Assembly (NCBI GenBank): GCA_934096815.1 | Contig: CAKOMY010000004.1 | Coordinates: 7,436-71,435, forward strand | Source: an uncultured Bacilli bacterium | GTDB lineage: Bacteria > Bacillota_I > Bacilli_A > RF39 > UBA660 | Length of the DNA stretch: 64,000 nucleotides | Reading direction: 5' to 3' | Part shown: one piece after another, positions 47,682-57,209 of the stretch | How positions within the stretch are numbered: the first letter of the stretch is position 1 | Layout of the letters: each line of letters begins with the position of its first letter | The notes under the pieces: model-generated | What the model saw: only the letters and a program-made list of their open reading frames with translations | Told to the model about the DNA's origin: nothing | Databases searched by the model: none | Translations under genes and position numbers: made by a program

Positions 47682-48458
47682 TTATTTACTAGATCTTGCT
47701 TCAATTTCTGCTATTTTTTCAAATACTTCAGAAGCATTTTCTGTATTAATAGTGGTGTAACCTAATTCACGTAAGGCTTGAAATCTAATTGTGTTTAATT
47801 GTTGAGTACGCGATAATTTTTCTTCATTACGAGATTCAATATCCTCAACAAATCGTTTTCTTGACTCTATTACTCTACTTTTTGAAGGGTTACCATTAAG
47901 ATATAAATTAAAGGCAGAATGAATGATACCTTCAAACATAAATTGTTTATTTTCATTAAATTTAAATTCATTTGGATTTGTAAATCCTGCGTATTTAGAC
48001 ATATATGCTAATAAATACTTAATTTCTTCAATATTATCAACACATTGTAATAAGTGAAAAGTGTATAGTAGAGTGTAATACCTCTCTTCTCTATCGTTTC
48101 CTTCTAAAAGTTTATCTTTAATAAGGAATGTTATATCACTAACTAATTGTTGTTCTTCTTTTTTTAATCCTTTTAAATCTAATAATTCGTTTGATGAATT
48201 TGATTTTAATACTTTATTTAATCTTTCTTCAACTTCTAAAAGATAGTCTGTATTTACTTTAATATCATTTAAAGTATCCTCTTCTCCATCTTCTATATCT
48301 AATAATTTTAATAGGGCAATTTTCTTTTCTCTAGGCCATTCATTAAGTGAATTTAATTCAAGATAATTATAAACCATTTGTCTAGAAACGCCTAAATATT
48401 TAGCTAATCTTACTTTAGAAATACCTAATTCTTGTAATATTTCATTTAGTCTTTTCAT
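47682..48458 (-). CDS. XRE-family helix-turn-helix transcriptional regulator
   Basis: 258 aa. N-terminal HTH LGISKVRLAKYLGVSRQMVYNYL and a long C-terminal domain. Confidence 0.6.
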   Translation of the reverse strand: MKRLNEILQELGISKVRLAKYLGVSRQMVYNYLELNSLNEWPREKKIALLKLLDIEDGEEDTLNDIKVNTDYLLEVEERLNKVLKSNSSNELLDLKGLKKEEQQLVSDITFLIKDKLLEGNDREERYYTLLYTFHLLQCVDNIEEIKYLLAYMSKYAGFTNPNEFKFNENKQFMFEGIIHSAFNLYLNGNPSKSRVIESRKRFVEDIESRNEEKLSRTQQLNTIRFQALRELGYTTINTENASEVFEKIAEIEARSSK

Positions 48459-48570
48459 TATGTTTACCTACTTTCTTTACACTATAATCATAACTTATTT
48501 GACACATATATGTCAAGCAATATACTTCTTTTTGTAAAATTAAAAAGTACAAAATCGTACTTAATTTAAT

Positions 48571-49677
48571 TTATAAATACCAAAGTTTTTCACCATTTTT
48601 CATGACTGTTTTAATGATTCCTGAACCTAAACATTGTTCACCTAAATATAATACACATGCTTGCCCTGGAGTAACTGCTTTAACTTTTTCGGGATATCTT
48701 ACTAATATTTCATTGTTTTCTAAGTATTCAAGCATTACTTCATAATCTGGTCCTCTATATCTAAATTTTGCGGTACAGAATGTATGTCTTGTTTGACATA
48801 AGAAATTAACATTTTCAATTATACATGAATCAGAATATAAATACTCACTATCTTCTCCAAATGCAACATAAAGTTTGTTTTCTGCAACGTTTTTACCAAC
48901 TACAAAGTGCTTTTCTAAATTACCGGAAATTCCTACATTACGTCTTTGACCAATTGTATAATTCATTAAACCAGTATGTGTACCAATTACTTTATTTGTT
49001 TCAATATCAATTATATCTCCAGGATTTGGTTTTAAATAATTTGATACAAATTTTTGATAATTTCTTTCACCAATAAAACATATTCCAGTTGAATCTTTTT
49101 TAGTAGCTGTTGGTATGTTTTGTATTTTAGCTATTTCACGTACTTCTGGTTTTGTTAGATCACCAATAGGGAATAACACATCTTTTAAAGCATCTTCACT
49201 TACTTGAGCTAAAAAATAGGTTTGATCTTTATTTAAATCAACAGCTCTTAATAGTCTATTTCCTACAATTCTGGCATAATGACCGGTTGCAATATAATTG
49301 GCTCCTAATCTTTTAGCTTCTTTTTTAAATAAATCGAATTTTATATATTTGTTACACATTAAATCAGGATTAGGGGTTCTTCCTTTTTTTAATTCATCTA
49401 AGAAATATGTAAAGACATTATCCCAATATTCTTTAACAAAATCAATTCTATGAAGTGGTATACCTAAATGATTACAAACTGCTAAGGCATCATTATAATC
49501 TTGTTCTTGGGGACAAATATTATTATTTAGATTAGGATTACCTTTAATATCATCATTTACTAGTGAATCCCAATTACGCATAAATAAACCAATTACTTCA
49601 TATCCTTGTTTTTTTAACAAATAAGCGGCAACAGATGAATCTACTCCACCACTCATTCCAATTACAACTTTTTCCAT
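48571..49677 (-). CDS. mnmA: tRNA-specific 2-thiouridylase
   Basis: PP-loop GMSGGVDSSVAAYLL, catalytic Cys regions and a C-terminal barrel. Start taken at MEKVV. The longer track ORF (to 49746) overlaps the upstream gene and is hydrophobic nonsense. Confidence 0.85.
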   Translation of the reverse strand: MEKVVIGMSGGVDSSVAAYLLKKQGYEVIGLFMRNWDSLVNDDIKGNPNLNNNICPQEQDYNDALAVCNHLGIPLHRIDFVKEYWDNVFTYFLDELKKGRTPNPDLMCNKYIKFDLFKKEAKRLGANYIATGHYARIVGNRLLRAVDLNKDQTYFLAQVSEDALKDVLFPIGDLTKPEVREIAKIQNIPTATKKDSTGICFIGERNYQKFVSNYLKPNPGDIIDIETNKVIGTHTGLMNYTIGQRRNVGISGNLEKHFVVGKNVAENKLYVAFGEDSEYLYSDSCIIENVNFLCQTRHTFCTAKFRYRGPDYEVMLEYLENNEILVRYPEKVKAVTPGQACVLYLGEQCLGSGIIKTVMKNGEKLWYL

Positions 49678-49729
49678 AAACATCACGTAATTATTGTAGC
49701 AAAAAATTGCAATTATTAATAGGCTAATA

Positions 49730-50299
49730 TTATATAAATATGGCAATTATTTTATTACCATAGTAATATAAAAAGATATCATTTAACAAAATAATTAATA
49801 ATGTAATTGATGTTCTTAACATATAACCATTTAAATTAACTATCTTATAATGATTATTTATAAAAATTTTTATATATTTATATGTTAAATAAAAGATATA
49901 TGATAAAAGAATTAAATATATTAATTTATTAGTAATTGTAAATATGAGAAAATAGTAAATTCCTTTAATATTTTTATAATGTAATAATGCTGAAAATAAA
50001 AAACCAATAGATGCTCCTTCATATATATAATATATTGTTAATGGGATAAATCCCACAATAAAGCTTGATAGTATAATTATGAGGCTTATTATAAATAAAT
50101 GGATTAGAATGTGATTTTGTTTTACATCGCCAATATTGTTAATCGTTGTTGCAAGAGTTAAATCGATATTACTTTTGATGTCTTGGGTGCATTTAAGATA
50201 TACAACTATACCAATAATTATTCCTAAAAATAAAAAAGTAAGGAGAAACTTAAAACGGCTACGTATAATCTTCATATAATTAAATTTCATTCTTTTCAC
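49730..50299 (-). CDS. polytopic membrane protein (SpoIIM/DUF95-like?)
   Basis: 189 aa with 5-6 TM segments. Family uncertain. Confidence 0.35.
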   Translation of the reverse strand: MKRMKFNYMKIIRSRFKFLLTFLFLGIIIGIVVYLKCTQDIKSNIDLTLATTINNIGDVKQNHILIHLFIISLIIILSSFIVGFIPLTIYYIYEGASIGFLFSALLHYKNIKGIYYFLIFTITNKLIYLILLSYIFYLTYKYIKIFINNHYKIVNLNGYMLRTSITLLIILLNDIFLYYYGNKIIAIFI

Positions 50300-50502
50300 C
50301 TATTTAATCATATTATTTTCTTTTAATTTTATGATATTTTTTGTATAATTATTTTGAGGTGAATAAGTATTATGGCTTATAGAGCAAAAAAGAAAAGTAT
50401 TGGTTCTAAAATTTTAGTGTGGGTATGTTTATTTGCAATTATTGCAAGTACTATCAGTGCACTGATTTATTATATTTTAGTATATTAAAAACTTAATAGA
50501 AT

Positions 50503-50715
50503 CTATCTACTAAGTTTTTTGTTTGAACTATTTACAATATAATTTTCTATATTTAGGCCATTATCAATTGCATTATTTATTATTTCTTCATCTGATAGAT
50601 TGTCAATGTCAAATGATTGCATTAGGGCTGCGCCATAACCTAATGTAAAATATGCTGATTCATAATAATCTTTTAAATCCTGTTTTAATTTATTAATATC
50701 TATTTCTATCATCAT
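50503..50715 (-). CDS. small hypothetical protein
   Basis: 70-aa acidic ORF directly upstream of lepA. Its stop lies 8 nt from the lepA start. Confidence 0.35.
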   Translation of the reverse strand: MMIEIDINKLKQDLKDYYESAYFTLGYGAALMQSFDIDNLSDEEIINNAIDNGLNIENYIVNSSNKKLSR

Positions 50716-50726
50716 GTTATCCTTGA

Positions 50727-52502
50727 TTATTTATCTGTCTTTAAGATTGATAGAAATGCTTCTGGTGGAACTTCAACAGAACCAACCATCTTCATTCTTT
50801 TTTTACCTTCTTTTTGTTTCTCTAATAGTTTTCTTTTACGAGATATATCGCCACCATAGCATTTAGCAAGTACATTTTTTCTCATTTGAGCAATGTTTTC
50901 TCTAGCGATTACTTTTGAACCAATTGATGCTTGAATAGGTACTTCAAATAGTTGCCTTGGAATTAGTTCTTTTAAAGCTTTTGTAATTGCTAAACCACGA
51001 TGATATGCAGCATCTTTATGTACAATAACAGATAAAGCATCAACTATTTCACCATTAATTAAGATGTCCATTTTTACTAAATCACTTACCTTGTAATCGG
51101 ATAATTCATAATCAAATGAAGCATATCCTTTAGTATAACTTTTTAATTTATCAAAGAAGTCATAGACAATTTCGGCAAGTGGTAATTCATATATTATATT
51201 AACTCTTTTCTCATCAATATATTCTGTTGTTTTATATATACCTCTTTTTTCTTGACAAAGTTCCATTATAGCACCAATGTATTCACTTGGAACAAATATA
51301 CTTGCTTTAACAAAAGGCTCACTAATTGAACTAATATTGACCTTATTTGGCATTTTTGATGGATTATCTACTTCAATTACATTTCCATTAGTTAATTCTA
51401 CTTTATAGATAACAGATGGTGATGTAGCAATTATATCAATACCAAATTCTCTTTTAATTCTTTCTTCAATTATTTCCATATGAAGTAGTCCTAAAAATCC
51501 ACATCTAAAGCCAAAACCTAAGGCTTCTGATGTTTCAACTTCAAAGGTAAGGGAAGCATCATTTAATTTTAATTTTTCTAGTGCTTCTTTTAAATGATTA
51601 TATTTATTTGGTTCAATTGGATATATACCACTATAAACCATTGATTTAACTTTTTTATATCCTTCTAGAGGTGTTATAGCTCTATCACGTTTAGTTGTAA
51701 TTGTATCGCCAACACGTACTGATTCAACACTTTTAATAGCGCCAGCAACCCATCCTACATCTCCGGCTTTTAATTCAGGTAATAATTTTTCATTTGGAGT
51801 ATTTACTCCTACTTCAGTTACTACGTATTCTTCGTTGTTGTTCATCATAATAATTGTATCACCAATTTTAATAGAACCGGATTTAACACATATTGATGCA
51901 ACTACTCCTTTATATTGATCAAAATAAGAATCAAAAATTAGAGCTTTAGTTCCTTCTTTTAAATCTTGAGGTGGCTGTATTCTTTCAATTATAGCGTCAA
52001 GTAATAAATTAACATTTTCACCTGTTTTACCACTTACAGGTATAATTTCATCTTCCTTAAAGCCAAGAACTTTTACTAATTCAGCAGTTACTTTGGGAAC
52101 ATCAGCATTTGGTAAATCAATTTTATTAATTACTGGGATAATTGTTAAATTATGATTTAAGGCTAGATATAAATTAGCAAGTGTTTGAGCTTCGATTCCT
52201 TGAGTTGCATCTACGACTAGAATTGCTCCATCACAAGCTGCTAAACTTCTTGAAACTTCATAGGAAAAATCGACATGTCCTGGGGTATCTATTAAATTAA
52301 ATTCATATCCTTTATAATTTAAATTTACAGTATTTAACTTAATTGTGATGCCTCTTTCTCTTTCAATATCCATTGAATCAAGCATTTGCTCTTTTAGTTC
52401 TCTTTTTGATACTGCTCCAGTAAGTTCTAAAATTCGATCGGCTAATGTACTTTTACCGTGATCAATATGAGCAATTATACAAAAGTTACGGATGTTTTGC
52501 AT
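50727..52502 (-). CDS. lepA: elongation factor 4
   Basis: 591 aa. G-domain motifs [14 protein letters not shown] and NKID, plus the LepA-specific C-terminal domain. Confidence 0.9.
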   Translation of the reverse strand: MQNIRNFCIIAHIDHGKSTLADRILELTGAVSKRELKEQMLDSMDIERERGITIKLNTVNLNYKGYEFNLIDTPGHVDFSYEVSRSLAACDGAILVVDATQGIEAQTLANLYLALNHNLTIIPVINKIDLPNADVPKVTAELVKVLGFKEDEIIPVSGKTGENVNLLLDAIIERIQPPQDLKEGTKALIFDSYFDQYKGVVASICVKSGSIKIGDTIIMMNNNEEYVVTEVGVNTPNEKLLPELKAGDVGWVAGAIKSVESVRVGDTITTKRDRAITPLEGYKKVKSMVYSGIYPIEPNKYNHLKEALEKLKLNDASLTFEVETSEALGFGFRCGFLGLLHMEIIEERIKREFGIDIIATSPSVIYKVELTNGNVIEVDNPSKMPNKVNISSISEPFVKASIFVPSEYIGAIMELCQEKRGIYKTTEYIDEKRVNIIYELPLAEIVYDFFDKLKSYTKGYASFDYELSDYKVSDLVKMDILINGEIVDALSVIVHKDAAYHRGLAITKALKELIPRQLFEVPIQASIGSKVIARENIAQMRKNVLAKCYGGDISRKRKLLEKQKEGKKRMKMVGSVEVPPEAFLSILKTDK

Positions 52503-52518
52503 TTTTTATCACATTCCT

Positions 52519-53031
52519 TTATATTCTATCTTTTAACATATTTTCATGCTGATAGATTTTATATTCTTCATCATTCATGCTATTTAAAATATCAGCAATT
52601 TCTTTATTAATTAAAGACTGTTCTTTATATTTTTTAGCATAAAGCAATTTACAATTAGGACTAATCTTATCATTATTGTAAATATCAATAATATTGTCTA
52701 TTTCATTATTCACACCATTATAATCATTAACTATGATTAATTTAACAGTTTTTTTATTTGTATATTTTAGATACTTCATTAATAATAAATCAGTTTTTAA
52801 TAAATTATCATTTTCTTTGAAGTTGAAATCAATAAATAATAATTTTGTTTCTGATTCTAAAATTACATAACTTCTAACGTTGTTTAAATTATCATTAACA
52901 AAGGGTAAAAGTATATAATCTTCATTATCATTAATTATTTCGTTTGCTAAAGCACAAATAAATTTTTTACCTGTTTCATTTTTCCATAAATAATGGAATG
53001 AATAAGGATTTAGCAAGTTTATATTTTTCAT
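52519..53031 (-). CDS. hypothetical protein
   Basis: 170-aa ORF between alaS and lepA. No family recognised. Confidence 0.4.
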   Translation of the reverse strand: MKNINLLNPYSFHYLWKNETGKKFICALANEIINDNEDYILLPFVNDNLNNVRSYVILESETKLLFIDFNFKENDNLLKTDLLLMKYLKYTNKKTVKLIIVNDYNGVNNEIDNIIDIYNNDKISPNCKLLYAKKYKEQSLINKEIADILNSMNDEEYKIYQHENMLKDRI

Positions 53032-53108
53032 AATTTCTTTACCTCCTATATATACTTATTACCCATCTTGTACCATTTTACTTTTTATTTATTGAAACTT
53101 TACACTTT

Positions 53109-54872
53109 TTATTCAATTACTGCTTTAATACGTCTTACTCCAGCAGAGGATGCTTCTTCTTTTAATATTTTAAATTTGCCAATTTCACTTGTATGTTCAA
53201 CATGTGGTCCCATACAAATTTCTTTAGATATGACTTCTCCAGTTGTTTTATCACTTATTGTATAAACTGTGACAATATCAGGATATCTTTCAATAAACAT
53301 TGCTTCAGCACCGCTATTAACTGCATCTATTTTGTTTTCTTCAGTAATTGTTACAATTAAATCTCTTTGAATCCATTCATTTACTAGATTTTGGGTTTGT
53401 TCTAATTCTTCTTTAGTTAGCTTACGGTCAAATGAGAAGTCAAAACGCATTCTTTCATTTGTAATATTTGAACCTTTTTGATGAACGTTTTCATTTAACA
53501 CTTTTTTAAGGGCTGCATTTAGCAAATGTGTGGCAGTATGATATCTTGTTTCTATTTTAGAATCTCCTGCTAAGCCTCCTTTAAACATACCTTTAGAAGC
53601 AGTTCTTGATAATTCTTGATGAGCTTTAAATTTTTCTTTAAATCCTTCTATATCTACTTCTAAATTCTTTTCTTTTGCTAGTTCTTCTGTTAGTTCTATA
53701 GGAAAACCAAATGTATCATATAATTTGAACGCTAAATCTTTATCAATTGTTTTAATATTTTGAGTTTCTTTTTCAAATACTCTTAAGCCCTTTTCTAATG
53801 TTTTACTAAATTTAGACTTTTCTTTTGCTAGTTCAGCAATTATAAATTCTTTATTATTAGATAATTCATCATAATATTTAGCATATTTTTGAATAATCAA
53901 ATTAGCAATTTGCTCTTCCCAGTTAGTGCTGTTATCAATACCTAGGTTTCTAGCACATCTTATAGCACGTCTAATTAATCTTCTTAATATATAGCCTCTA
54001 TCGGTATTTGAAGGAACTATTTTAGCGTTATCTCCTAATATAAAGGTTGCTGTTCTAATATGATCGGCTATAATTCTAATATCTTTTTTATTTTCTTCAT
54101 ATTTTTTATTAGAAATTTGTTCAATTAACTTAATAACATCTATCCAAACTGATGATAAGTAGTTGTCATTTACACCTTCTAGTATAGCTGCTACTCTTTC
54201 AACTCCCATACCTGTATCAACGTTCTTTTTAGGAAGTTCAGTAACGTTTCCATTTTCATCTTTAAAATATTGCATAAATACGTTGTTCCAAATTTCAACC
54301 CATCTATTATCATTTGGATCAAAAAAGTCAGGGATCTCATCGTTTGATCTAAAATAGAATATTTCAGTATCTGAACCACATGGTCCACTTTCTCCGGCAA
54401 TCCAGAAATTATCTTCCTCACCTAAGTAAGCAATCTTTTTAGGATTAATACCTAACTCAATCCATTTATTTGCGGATATAGTATCTTTAGGAATTTTATC
54501 ATCCCCAGCAAATACGGTTACGGCTAATCTTTCGATATCAATATTTAATACTTTAGTTAAAAATTCAAAACTGTATTCAATTGATTCATTTTTAAAATAA
54601 TCTCCTAATGACCAATTTCCTAACATTTCAAAGAATGTGTGATGTGTTTCATCTCCAACTGAATCTAAATCATTAGTTCTAACACATTTTTGATAATCAG
54701 TTAATCTTTTACCATAAGGATGCTCTTTTCCCATTAAATAAGGAATTAATGGTTGCATTCCAGCTGTATTAAATAAAACACTTGCATCATTTTCAGGTAC
54801 TACTGGCGCTGATGGTATTTGTTTATGTCCTTTACTTACAAAATAATTAATATATAGATCTTTTAAATTCAT
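53109..54872 (-). CDS. alaS: alanine--tRNA ligase, short form (catalytic + editing domains, no C-Ala domain)
   Basis: AlaRS class-II core (FNTAGMQP, HHTFFEMLGNWSLGDYFK) and editing-domain HxxxH plus C-terminal CGTHV-like block (HTATHLLNAAL ... CMGPHVEHTSEIGKFKI...RRIKAV). The protein ends at residue 587, whereas typical bacterial AlaRS is about 870 aa. Confidence 0.75.
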   Translation of the reverse strand: MNLKDLYINYFVSKGHKQIPSAPVVPENDASVLFNTAGMQPLIPYLMGKEHPYGKRLTDYQKCVRTNDLDSVGDETHHTFFEMLGNWSLGDYFKNESIEYSFEFLTKVLNIDIERLAVTVFAGDDKIPKDTISANKWIELGINPKKIAYLGEEDNFWIAGESGPCGSDTEIFYFRSNDEIPDFFDPNDNRWVEIWNNVFMQYFKDENGNVTELPKKNVDTGMGVERVAAILEGVNDNYLSSVWIDVIKLIEQISNKKYEENKKDIRIIADHIRTATFILGDNAKIVPSNTDRGYILRRLIRRAIRCARNLGIDNSTNWEEQIANLIIQKYAKYYDELSNNKEFIIAELAKEKSKFSKTLEKGLRVFEKETQNIKTIDKDLAFKLYDTFGFPIELTEELAKEKNLEVDIEGFKEKFKAHQELSRTASKGMFKGGLAGDSKIETRYHTATHLLNAALKKVLNENVHQKGSNITNERMRFDFSFDRKLTKEELEQTQNLVNEWIQRDLIVTITEENKIDAVNSGAEAMFIERYPDIVTVYTISDKTTGEVISKEICMGPHVEHTSEIGKFKILKEEASSAGVRRIKAVIE

Positions 54873-55104
54873 ATTTTATGCACTCCTCTTAACTACGTTT
54901 ATATTATCATATTTTCATCTTTTATAAAAGAAAATAAATTAATTAATAAACAATTATTTAGTAATTATTCCTAACTAATTATAATATTTCTATTTTATAG
55001 CCCATGTTTATTATTATATTTCGTAAGGTTATATTAGTCAATAAAAACCGTACATTTGTTAAATGCTTAGAACAAAAAAATAAATATTTATTTTATCTAA
55101 ATAT

Positions 55105-55398
55105 TTATTTATATTCTTTAATAATTTCTTCAATTTCTTCTTTTGTTTTAAATCCAACAAAATGAGTAACCATCTTTTTATTTTTATATATTTCAACTGT
55201 AGGAATGCTCATCACACCGTGACTTTGTGCAAGTTCTCCATGAGTATCAACATCAACTTTAATTATTTTGTTTGGTAACTCTTCTAATTCCATACCAATC
55301 ATTTTACAAGGTGAACACCAATTGGCAAAAAAGTCTACTATGGTTAATTCATCTGTTAAAACGTCTTCTAATTTTTGATTACTTAAATATTCTATCAT
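55105..55398 (-). CDS. trxA: thioredoxin
   Basis: About 97 aa from MIEYL. Active site W-C-S-P-C-K in the thioredoxin fold context (FFANWCSPCKM...MSIPTV). The track ORF is extended 10 codons upstream. Confidence 0.75.
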   Translation of the reverse strand: MIEYLSNQKLEDVLTDELTIVDFFANWCSPCKMIGMELEELPNKIIKVDVDTHGELAQSHGVMSIPTVEIYKNKKMVTHFVGFKTKEEIEEIIKEYK

Positions 55399-55399
55399 T

Positions 55400-56140
55400 T
55401 TATTCCTCCTTCTCATTATTATTATCATTATTTTGATTATTATTTATAACATCTTTTATATTTTTAATTCCTAATTTTCCATTATTACTTAATTTTTCTG
55501 CTGATTCTTTAGAAATTATTTCGTATTTTAATAATACTTCTAAACATTTTCTATTAGCTTCTTCTTTATCACTGCTATTTTGATATTCTAGAGTTATATC
55601 ATAAACATTTTTAATAGATAAATATGTTTTTTCTACTACATCAGATAGAAATGGCGTTTTAGAAACTATTTGATTGCCATATTTTGATTCTTGATATATT
55701 TTGGCTGTGTTTGCAAAAGTACTAAATAAGAAACAAATGAAGAATGCGATTAGAAATCCCTGAAATAAGCCAAATATTAAGCCTAATATCCTGCCTACTA
55801 AACCTTCAGAAAATATTCCAAGTGTTAATTTACCAACTAATCCAGTTATTTTAGAAATAATTTTAAAGATAAAGCTTAATATTGATAATGTAATAAGAAA
55901 ACTGATACCTTCATAAATTAAAATATTATAAACACTTATACCACTATAAAATCCACTTATTTTAAAAAATGGAAAATGTTCATATAAGAATACTGATATT
56001 GGATTTTTTAAATAAAACGCTAGGATAATTACTACTATTGTTCCAATAAAATTAATTAATGAACCAATAAATCCTCTTTTATATCCGTATAAAGCACCTA
56101 GAATAATAATTATTAATATTAAATAGTCTAATATATTCAT
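55400..56140 (-). CDS. cvpA: CvpA-family membrane protein
   Basis: 246 aa, four TM helices in the N-terminal half. GYKRGFI motif. C-terminal soluble Asn-rich tail. Confidence 0.6.
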   Translation of the reverse strand: MNILDYLILIIIILGALYGYKRGFIGSLINFIGTIVVIILAFYLKNPISVFLYEHFPFFKISGFYSGISVYNILIYEGISFLITLSILSFIFKIISKITGLVGKLTLGIFSEGLVGRILGLIFGLFQGFLIAFFICFLFSTFANTAKIYQESKYGNQIVSKTPFLSDVVEKTYLSIKNVYDITLEYQNSSDKEEANRKCLEVLLKYEIISKESAEKLSNNGKLGIKNIKDVINNNQNNDNNNEKEE

Positions 56141-56213
56141 TTTTTATACTCCTAGTTTAATTATATTATAATTACTTAAAAAAATAAAGAAATAATTAAA
56201 AAGTTATGGTATT

Positions 56214-57179
56214 ATGAAGTTGGTGATGTTTATGACAATTGTATTTACAGTAAGTGATAATGTAAAAAATAGAATGATTAGTTTTTATGCGGATAAAAGA
56301 AGACAAAAAAATCCTCCTTATGCTATATTTCAAGCAGATGATGCGGATACAAATATAACTCTTTATAATTCGGGAAAAGTTGTTTTTCAAGGCAATAGTG
56401 CTGATATCGAGGCTCAAATTTGGAAAGATTTAGAGATGAGTTTAAATAAGCGTAATATTGATAGTGAACTTAAAAAGAATGAAGATAAGAAGAAAGATAA
56501 AGTTAAAGAAGAGACGGATTTAAGATTTAAGGATGTTGCTACTATTGGTTCAGATGAGGTTGGAACTGGTGATTATTTTGGACCAATTGTTGTTACAGCC
56601 TCATATGTAAGCAAAGAAAATATTAAGGAAGTAATGAATTTGGGAGTAAAAGATAGTAAGAAAATAACGGATGATATTATTCTTAAAATTGGACCTAAAT
56701 TAATTAAGACTATTCCCCACTCTACTTATATTTTAGATAATCAAACTTATAATAAATATCCTACTAATATGAATAAAATTAAAGCAATATTACATAATAA
56801 GGTTCTTGTTAATATGGTTAGGAATAATTATAATGATGTTAAATATGTAGTTGTTGATCAATTTTGTTTTCCTAAAAATTATTTTGAGTATATTAAGGCT
56901 GCTAAGGAAGTTTATAAAAATATTACTTTTACTACTAAGGCGGAAGATAAATGCTATGCAGTTGCTGTTTCTTCAATAATTTGTAGATATGTATTTTTAA
57001 TGGAAATGAAAAAGATTGAAGAAAAATATCAAATATTTATAAAAAAAGGTGCTGGTCCAGAAGTTGATAAACAAGCTGCTATGATAGCAAAAAAATATGG
57101 AGTGGATGAACTTAGAAAAATTGCTAAATTAAATTTCAAAAATACAGAAAAAGTGAAAAATATATTAGAAAATGAATAA
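56214..57179 (+). CDS. rnhC: ribonuclease HIII
   Basis: 321 aa. N-terminal TBP-like domain plus RNase HII/HIII catalytic core IGSDEVGTGDYFGPIVV. Confidence 0.8.
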   Translation: MKLVMFMTIVFTVSDNVKNRMISFYADKRRQKNPPYAIFQADDADTNITLYNSGKVVFQGNSADIEAQIWKDLEMSLNKRNIDSELKKNEDKKKDKVKEETDLRFKDVATIGSDEVGTGDYFGPIVVTASYVSKENIKEVMNLGVKDSKKITDDIILKIGPKLIKTIPHSTYILDNQTYNKYPTNMNKIKAILHNKVLVNMVRNNYNDVKYVVVDQFCFPKNYFEYIKAAKEVYKNITFTTKAEDKCYAVAVSSIICRYVFLMEMKKIEEKYQIFIKKGAGPEVDKQAAMIAKKYGVDELRKIAKLNFKNTEKVKNILENE

Positions 57180-57209
57180 AAAGTTATTGCTTTCTTTACA
57201 ATAACTTTT

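Noticed and set aside
48825-49076. Plus-strand 83-aa Gln/Leu-rich ORF inside mnmA
   Set aside because: Antisense shadow of a confident CDS.
53068-54421. Short ORFs (53068..53265 +, 54163..54357 +, 54191..54421 -) overlapping alaS
   Set aside because: Out-of-frame or antisense shadows of alaS.
56196-56417. Minus-strand 73-aa ORF over the rnhC start
   Set aside because: Antisense. The rnhC frame has the catalytic motifs.
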